Part shown: positions 18,455-24,000 of the stretch, piece after piece
How the letters are laid out: every line of letters begins with the position of its first letter
Numbering within the stretch: the stretch's first letter is position 1
Source: Lachnospiraceae bacterium LCP25S3_G4
GTDB taxonomy: Bacteria > Bacillota > Clostridia > Lachnospirales > Lachnospiraceae
DNA length: 24,000 bases
Direction: 5' to 3'
Assembly: GCA_052116865.1 (NCBI GenBank)
Contig: JBQKKG010000001.1
Coordinates: 501,435 to 525,434, forward strand
Made by a program: the position numbers and the translations under genes
Notes under the pieces: generated by a model
What the model was told of the DNA's origin: nothing
Databases searched by the model: none
What the model saw: the letters and a program-made list of their open reading frames with translations, nothing else

Positions 18455-18513
18455 CTTGATTTTTATAATGATGTCTAGTAGAATTAATTCTATCAATGCT
18501 AGGAGGTAAGAGC

Positions 18514-19512
18514 ATGACAAATATTACAAGAGTAGCAGTAGATGCTATGGGTGGCGATCACGCACCACATGAAACCGTAAAAGGTGCAGTGGAGGCCGTG
18601 AATCATGATGCTTCTATAAAAGTTTTATTAGTTGGTAAAAAAGATGCAGTAGATAAAGAATTGGCAGCATATACTTATTCCAAGGAACAGATAGAAGTGG
18701 TAGATGCAACAGAAGTAATTGAAACAGCAGAGCCACCAGTAATGGCAATTAGAAGGAAAAAGGATTCCTCTATTGTCGTGGGAATGAATCTTGTGAAACA
18801 CCAGGAGGCAGATGCTTTTGTATCCGCTGGAAGTTCGGGGGCAGTTTTAGTTGGCGGACAAGTCATAGTAGGAAGAATCAAGGGTATAGAACGACCGCCA
18901 CTTGCACCATTAATTCCTACAAAAAAAGGGGTATCATTATTGATTGACTGTGGTGCCAATGTTGATGCGAGACCCACACATTTAGTACAATTTGCAAAAA
19001 TTGGATCTATCTATATGGAAAGCATATTAGGTATTCAGAACCCAAAGGTAGGAATCGTGAATATCGGTGCTGAAGAAGAGAAAGGAAATGCATTGGTAAA
19101 AGAGACTTTTCCACTGTTAAAAGAATGCGAAAGCATAAACTTTGTTGGTAGTGTAGAGGCGAGAGATATTCCATTTGGCAAGGTGGATGTTGTTGTTTGT
19201 GAAGCATTTGTTGGAAATGTTGTGTTAAAAACATTTGAAGGTGTAGGTGCAGTATTGATTAGTAAGATTAAAGGTGGTATGATGACCTCATTAAGAAGCA
19301 AACTGGGGGCGATGTTGGTAAAACCTGCATTAAAAGAAACACTAAAATCTTTTGATTCAAGCGAATATGGCGGAGCACCGTTGTTAGGCTTAAATGGTCT
19401 AGTAGTAAAAGCACATGGCAGTTCGAATTCAAAGGAAATTGCCAACTCGATCGCACAATGTGTGACGTTTAAAAAGCAAAAAATTAATGAAAAAATTAAA
19501 GAACTTATATAA
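18514..19512 (+). CDS. plsX: Phosphate acyltransferase PlsX
   Basis: TRVAVDAMGGDHAPHETVKGAVEA, SAGSSGAVLVGG, LLIDCGANVDARPTHLVQFAKIGSIYME. ATG 18514 sits behind aggaggt; the track start at 18496 includes that RBS as coding. Confidence 0.95.
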   Translation: MTNITRVAVDAMGGDHAPHETVKGAVEAVNHDASIKVLLVGKKDAVDKELAAYTYSKEQIEVVDATEVIETAEPPVMAIRRKKDSSIVVGMNLVKHQEADAFVSAGSSGAVLVGGQVIVGRIKGIERPPLAPLIPTKKGVSLLIDCGANVDARPTHLVQFAKIGSIYMESILGIQNPKVGIVNIGAEEEKGNALVKETFPLLKECESINFVGSVEARDIPFGKVDVVVCEAFVGNVVLKTFEGVGAVLISKIKGGMMTSLRSKLGAMLVKPALKETLKSFDSSEYGGAPLLGLNGLVVKAHGSSNSKEIANSIAQCVTFKKQKINEKIKELI

Positions 19513-19527
19513 GAAAGGGAAATGAAC

Positions 19528-19758
19528 ATGGAATTTGAAAAATTACAAGATATTATAGCAGATGTACTTAACGTAGGAAAAGAGGAGATCAAAATGGACA
19601 CTACCTTTGTAGATGATCTGGGTGCAGATTCTTTAGATATTTTCCAAATTATTATGGGAATCGAAGAAGCATTTGATATCGAAATTTCAAATGACGATGC
19701 AGAAAAGATTGCCTCGGTAGGAGATGCTGTTGAGCAAATCAAAAACGCAACTAATTAA
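19528..19758 (+). CDS. acpP: Acyl carrier protein
   Basis: MEFEKLQDIIADVLNVGKEEIKMDTTFVDDLGADSLDIFQIIMGIEEAFDIEISNDDAEKI, with DSL phosphopantetheine site. ATG 19528 has better RBS spacing than 19522. Confidence 0.96.
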   Translation: MEFEKLQDIIADVLNVGKEEIKMDTTFVDDLGADSLDIFQIIMGIEEAFDIEISNDDAEKIASVGDAVEQIKNATN

Positions 19759-19768
19759 TTAAGGTGAT

Positions 19769-19797
19769 GAAAAGCCCGTTGTGGGCTTTTCGTTTTT
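19769..19797 (+). terminator. Intrinsic terminator between acpP and rnc
   Basis: gaaaagccc (19769-19777) / gggcttttc (19783-19791), 5-nt loop, followed by g-ttttt. Confidence 0.85.
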
Positions 19798-19811
19798 ATA
19801 TGGTGGAATAC

Positions 19812-20507
19812 ATGAAAAATAATTTGACAGAATTAGAGAAAAAAATTCAATATCATTTTAAAGATCAAACATTGTTAAGGCAAGCAATGATGCATAGTTC
19901 ATATGTAAATGAGCGCCGAATGAAAAAGCATCAATGCAATGAACGATTAGAATTTTTGGGAGACGCAGTATTGGAGTTAGTTTCAAGTGAATATTTGTTT
20001 TTTTCTTTTCCAACAACACCAGAGGGTGAATTGACAAAAAATAGAGCCAGCATGGTATGTGAGCCAGCACTTGCATATTGTGCACGAGAAATAGATTTGG
20101 GCTCATATCTGTTGTTAGGAAAAGGAGAAGAGGTTACTGGTGGTAGAAAAAGAGAGTCTATAACGTCCGATGGTTTAGAAGCATTAATTGGTGCGATTTA
20201 TTTGGATGGTGGTTTTGCTAATGCAAAAGACTTTATCAAATCTTTTGTCTTGAATGATTTGGAACATAAAAAACTCTTTTATGATAGCAAGACTATCCTA
20301 CAAGAAATTGTACAAGGACATTTTACAGACCCAATATCCTACCAACTTATAAAAGAAGAAGGCCCTGATCATAATAAGTCCTTTGAAGTAAATGTCTACA
20401 TTGGCTCCATTTGTTATGGTACAGGAAATGGAAGAACAAAAAAAGCAGCGGAACAAGAAGCTGCTTATAAAGCGATTTTAGAATTACACAAACGAAAGTT
20501 AAAATAG
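19812..20507 (+). CDS. rnc: Ribonuclease III
   Basis: NERLEFLGDAVLELVSSEYLF signature, SDGLEALIGAIYLDGG, and C-terminal dsRBD GRTKKAAEQEAAYKAILEL. The track start at 19764 would translate through the terminator; ATG 19812 starts MKNNLTELEKKIQYHFKD. Confidence 0.95.
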   Translation: MKNNLTELEKKIQYHFKDQTLLRQAMMHSSYVNERRMKKHQCNERLEFLGDAVLELVSSEYLFFSFPTTPEGELTKNRASMVCEPALAYCAREIDLGSYLLLGKGEEVTGGRKRESITSDGLEALIGAIYLDGGFANAKDFIKSFVLNDLEHKKLFYDSKTILQEIVQGHFTDPISYQLIKEEGPDHNKSFEVNVYIGSICYGTGNGRTKKAAEQEAAYKAILELHKRKLK

Positions 20508-20514
20508 GTGTTTC

Positions 20515-23500
20515 ATGTATTTAAAAAGTATAGAAGTACAAGGTTTTAAATCTTTTGCTAATAAAATTGTCTTTGATTTTCATAATGGAATTACAGGTAT
20601 TGTAGGACCAAATGGAAGTGGAAAAAGTAATGTTGCAGATGCGGTACGCTGGGTGCTTGGAGAGCAGCGTGTAAAGCAATTGCGTGGTGGCAGCATGCAG
20701 GATGTTATTTTTTCTGGGACTGAGAATAGGAAGCCACTTAGTTATGCCTCTGTTGCAATCACACTTGACAATTCGGATCATCAATTGGCAATAGATTTTG
20801 AAGAGGTTACCGTTACAAGAAAGATATATCGTTCTGGAGAAAGCGAATATTTAATCAATGGTTCTTCCTGTAGACTGAAAGATGTAAATGAATTATTTTA
20901 TGATACAGGAATTGGAAAAGAAGGCTATTCTATTATTGGCCAGGGACAGATAGATAAAATCTTAAGCGGAAAACCGGAAGAACGTCGTGAGTTATTTGAT
21001 GAAGCAGCAGGAATTGTTAAATTTAAAAGACGAAAGAATATGTCCGTAAAAAAGTTAGAGGATGAAAGACAGAATCTAGTACGTGTGAATGATATTTTAT
21101 CAGAGATCGAACGACAAATAGGTCCTTTAGAAAAACAATCTACGGTGGCAAAGGAGTATTTGAAAAAGAAAGAAGAGTTAAAAACATATGATATCAATAT
21201 GTTTTTATTAGAAACAGAACGTTTGAAAGAGCTCATCAATGACACCGATAAAAAATTGGAACTAGCAAATCATGATCTAGCCATATCGAGTCAATCTTAT
21301 GATGATACAAAAGTAGAGTATGAGGCCATTGAGGAGCAGGTAGATGTAATTGAAGATGCAATTGAAAAATCAAAAAGCCAGTTAAATGAGACGAATCTAT
21401 TAAAGCAACAATTAGAAAGTCAAATAGAGTTATTAAAAGAGCAAATTAATACTGCAAGAATGAATGATGAACATTATGGACAACGATTGCTATCTATACA
21501 AAGTGATATTCGTGAGAGAGAGAAACAAAAAGCAGAATTAGAGGCAGAGCATCATGAGATACAACAACAATTAGACGAATCAAAAGGAAATGCAAAGGCT
21601 GCCAAAGATAATTTAGCAATAACACAATCTAAGATTTCTAAAATCACAGCAGCTATTGAACAGGGAAAAAATGATATTATTGATCTTCTCAATACTCGAT
21701 CTTCAACAAAAGTTAAGATACAACGCTATGATACGATGCTGGAACAAATTCAGGTGCAGCGTGCTCAGGTGAGTAAGAAGTTAATTGAAGTCAAAAGTGA
21801 CGCTAGCCAACAAGAAGATTTGTATCATCAATATGAAGTTGAGTTAAAAAACATTTCCGAAAAAATCAATTATTTTGTTGAAAAAAGCTCAAAATTAGAA
21901 GCAAGAATTGAAGTCATACAAGGGCAGCTCACAAAACAAAATGAACAATTACGTATTGGGCAGATTGCTTTTCATAGAGAACAATCAAAATTGGAATCTT
22001 TAAAAAATATTACAGAACGTTACGATGGGTATGGAAATAGTATTCGTAAAGTTATGGAAAAAAAAGAGCAGGAGCCAGGTTTGTTGGGAGTTGTTGCAGA
22101 TATTATAAAAGTAGAAAAAGAATACGAAATTGCGATTGAAACAGCATTAGGTGGAAGTATTCAAAATATCGTTACAGACAATGAGCATACTGCAAAACGG
22201 ATGATTCAATATTTGAAACAAAATAAATTTGGACGAGCTACATTTCTTCCGTTAACTGGAATCCATGGAACTGCAGGAATAAGGCAACAGGATGCATTAA
22301 AAGAACAAGGTGTGATAGGATTAGCCAATACATTAGTGCAAGTAGATGATACATATAAAATATTAGCCGATCACCTACTTGGACGAACCATTGTTGTTCA
22401 TCGGATTGACGATGGAATAGCAATTGCTAAGAAGTATAAACAATCGTTACGTATTGTTACTACGGAAGGCGAATTAATTAATCCGGGGGGATCGATGACT
22501 GGTGGCGCTTTCAAGAATTCAAGCAACTTATTAGGTAGACGTCGTGAAATAGAAGAATTTGAAAAAAGTGTCTTATTGTTAAAAACAGATATGGAAACAA
22601 TGCAAGCGGAAGTAGAGGATGCAAAAAAGGAAAGAACAGCATGTTATGGTTCTATCGAAGCAATTAAGTATGAATTACAGCAAGCATATGTCCTACAAAA
22701 TACAGCAAAAATGAATATAAATCAAGTGCAAGCTAAACAGTTGTCATCAAAGCAGTCCTTTGAGAACCTCCAATCTGAAAGCAGGGAATTAGAACAACAG
22801 ATTATTGATATTCGAGAAAGCCAGTCTACGATACAAAAGGAATTAGATACTTCACAAGAACAAGAAGAATCACTAACAGGCTGTGTTGAAGAATATCAAG
22901 CGGATCTAGAAAAAGAACGTCTGATTGAGACGCACCAGATGCAAGAATCAGAAAAACTACATGTAATATTGGCCAATCTGGTGCAGAAAAATGACTTCGC
23001 AATAGAAAATAGAAATCGTGTAAATGAAGAGATAAGTAAATTAGAATTAGAATTAGATGAACTAGATAAAAATAAAGGTAACTCTTCTAATGAAATTCTG
23101 GAAAAAGAAGAACAAATATCAGAAATACGAAATACTATTGCAAGCTCAAAAGAATTATTTGATGAGATTGATAATGAAATCAAACAATCAGTTGTTAAGC
23201 GTGAGGAATTGCAACAGCAACATAAGGCTTTCTTAAGCAAACGAGAAGAGCTTGCTAAAACTATGTCAGATCTTGATAAAGAGGTATTCCGCTTATCGAG
23301 CAAACGAGAATCTTATGAAGAATCTGCTGAAAAACAAATTAATTATATGTGGGAAGAATATGAACTTACCTATAGTCATGCATTAGAGCTGAGAGATAAA
23401 AATTTAATTGATTTAAACTTTATGAAGAGGCAAATACAAGCGTTAAAGTTAGATATCAAGAATTTAGGAACGGTTAACGTAAATGCTATCGATGATTACA

Positions 23501-24000
23501 AGAACTTATCCGAACGATATGAGTTTTTAAAAACACAGCATGATGATTTAATTGAAGCTGAGGCAACTTTAATGCAAATCATTGAGGAATTAGATGAGGC
23601 TATGCGGATTCAGTTTCGTGAAAGCTTTGATGAGATTTCGAAGGAGTTTGATACTGTATTCAAACAACTCTTTGGTGGGGGAAAAGGAACTCTGGAGTTG
23701 ATGGACAATACAGATATTTTAGAAGCCGGTATTCGCATTATTGCACAACCACCAGGGAAAAAATTACAAAATATGATGCAACTGTCTGGTGGAGAAAAAG
23801 CTTTAACAGCTATTTCGCTTTTATTTGCTATTCAGAATCTAAAACCGTCACCATTTTGCCTTTTAGATGAGATTGAAGCTGCTTTAGACGATTCAAATGT
23901 TGTGCGATTTGCACAGTACTTGCATAAATTAACAAAAAATACACAATTTATTGTAATTACACATCGACGTGGTACCATGACAGCAGCTGATCGATTATAT
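20515..24000 (+). CDS. smc: Chromosome segregation protein SMC (3' truncated by window edge)
   Basis: MYLKSIEVQGFKSFANKIVFDFHNGITGIVGPNGSGKSNVADAVRWVLGEQ (Walker A), hinge region LLGVVADIIKVEKEYEIAIETALGGSIQNIV, C-terminal LSGGEKALTAISLLFAIQNLKPSPFCLLDEIEAALDD (signature/Walker B). N-terminal, hinge and C-terminal segments are all in the frame of ATG 20515. Absent from the ORF track, presumably because there is no stop in the window. Confidence 0.96.
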   Translation, partial: MYLKSIEVQGFKSFANKIVFDFHNGITGIVGPNGSGKSNVADAVRWVLGEQRVKQLRGGSMQDVIFSGTENRKPLSYASVAITLDNSDHQLAIDFEEVTVTRKIYRSGESEYLINGSSCRLKDVNELFYDTGIGKEGYSIIGQGQIDKILSGKPEERRELFDEAAGIVKFKRRKNMSVKKLEDERQNLVRVNDILSEIERQIGPLEKQSTVAKEYLKKKEELKTYDINMFLLETERLKELINDTDKKLELANHDLAISSQSYDDTKVEYEAIEEQVDVIEDAIEKSKSQLNETNLLKQQLESQIELLKEQINTARMNDEHYGQRLLSIQSDIREREKQKAELEAEHHEIQQQLDESKGNAKAAKDNLAITQSKISKITAAIEQGKNDIIDLLNTRSSTKVKIQRYDTMLEQIQVQRAQVSKKLIEVKSDASQQEDLYHQYEVELKNISEKINYFVEKSSKLEARIEVIQGQLTKQNEQLRIGQIAFHREQSKLESLKNITERYDGYGNSIRKVMEKKEQEPGLLGVVADIIKVEKEYEIAIETALGGSIQNIVTDNEHTAKRMIQYLKQNKFGRATFLPLTGIHGTAGIRQQDALKEQGVIGLANTLVQVDDTYKILADHLLGRTIVVHRIDDGIAIAKKYKQSLRIVTTEGELINPGGSMTGGAFKNSSNLLGRRREIEEFEKSVLLLKTDMETMQAEVEDAKKERTACYGSIEAIKYELQQAYVLQNTAKMNINQVQAKQLSSKQSFENLQSESRELEQQIIDIRESQSTIQKELDTSQEQEESLTGCVEEYQADLEKERLIETHQMQESEKLHVILANLVQKNDFAIENRNRVNEEISKLELELDELDKNKGNSSNEILEKEEQISEIRNTIASSKELFDEIDNEIKQSVVKREELQQQHKAFLSKREELAKTMSDLDKEVFRLSSKRESYEESAEKQINYMWEEYELTYSHALELRDKNLIDLNFMKRQIQALKLDIKNLGTVNVNAIDDYKNLSERYEFLKTQHDDLIEAEATLMQIIEELDEAMRIQFRESFDEISKEFDTVFKQLFGGGKGTLELMDNTDILEAGIRIIAQPPGKKLQNMMQLSGGEKALTAISLLFAIQNLKPSPFCLLDEIEAALDDSNVVRFAQYLHKLTKNTQFIVITHRRGTMTAADRLY

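Noticed and set aside
19035-19742. 235-aa minus-strand ORF
   Set aside because: Antisense across plsX and acpP, both strongly supported. No convincing motif or RBS context.
22896-23303. 135-aa minus-strand Ser/Leu-rich ORF
   Set aside because: Antisense of the SMC coiled coil. Glu/Lys-rich sense sequence gives Ser/Phe/Leu-rich antisense reading.
1-24000. Search for CRISPR arrays, transposases, phage genes, toxin-antitoxin or defence islands
   Set aside because: No regularly spaced repeats or mobile-element/defence protein motifs were seen. Nearly all sequence is accounted for by conserved chromosomal genes.

Overview
This window is a contiguous stretch of mostly core (housekeeping) genes from a low-GC Firmicute, probably Lachnospiraceae/Clostridia-like, inferred from protein sequence and gene order only. 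In order: 3' end of an AGCS Na+:alanine-type symporter; Fe-S aldo/keto reductase; DUF1893 protein; polA; coaE; WalJ/YycJ-like MBL hydrolase; ACT-domain protein; UPF0210/DUF711 protein; DegV protein; tmcAL on the minus strand; an M-box (ykoK-type) Mg2+ riboswitch with terminator; two tandem mgtE paralogs; pta; ackA; DUF177/YceD; rpmF (missing from the ORF track); an NSS-family Na+-dependent transporter; plsX; acpP; rnc; and the 5' part of smc (missing from the ORF track), which runs off the right edge. I see no CRISPR array, transposon, prophage, toxin-antitoxin or defence cassette, and no convincing candidate for a novel multi-gene system. The best second-look items are the M-box-led tandem mgtE pair, a strong promoter followed almost at once by a perfect 17-bp terminator-like hairpin in the leader of the NSS transporter, the conserved but poorly understood ACT/UPF0210 and DUF1893 genes, and several start-codon corrections.
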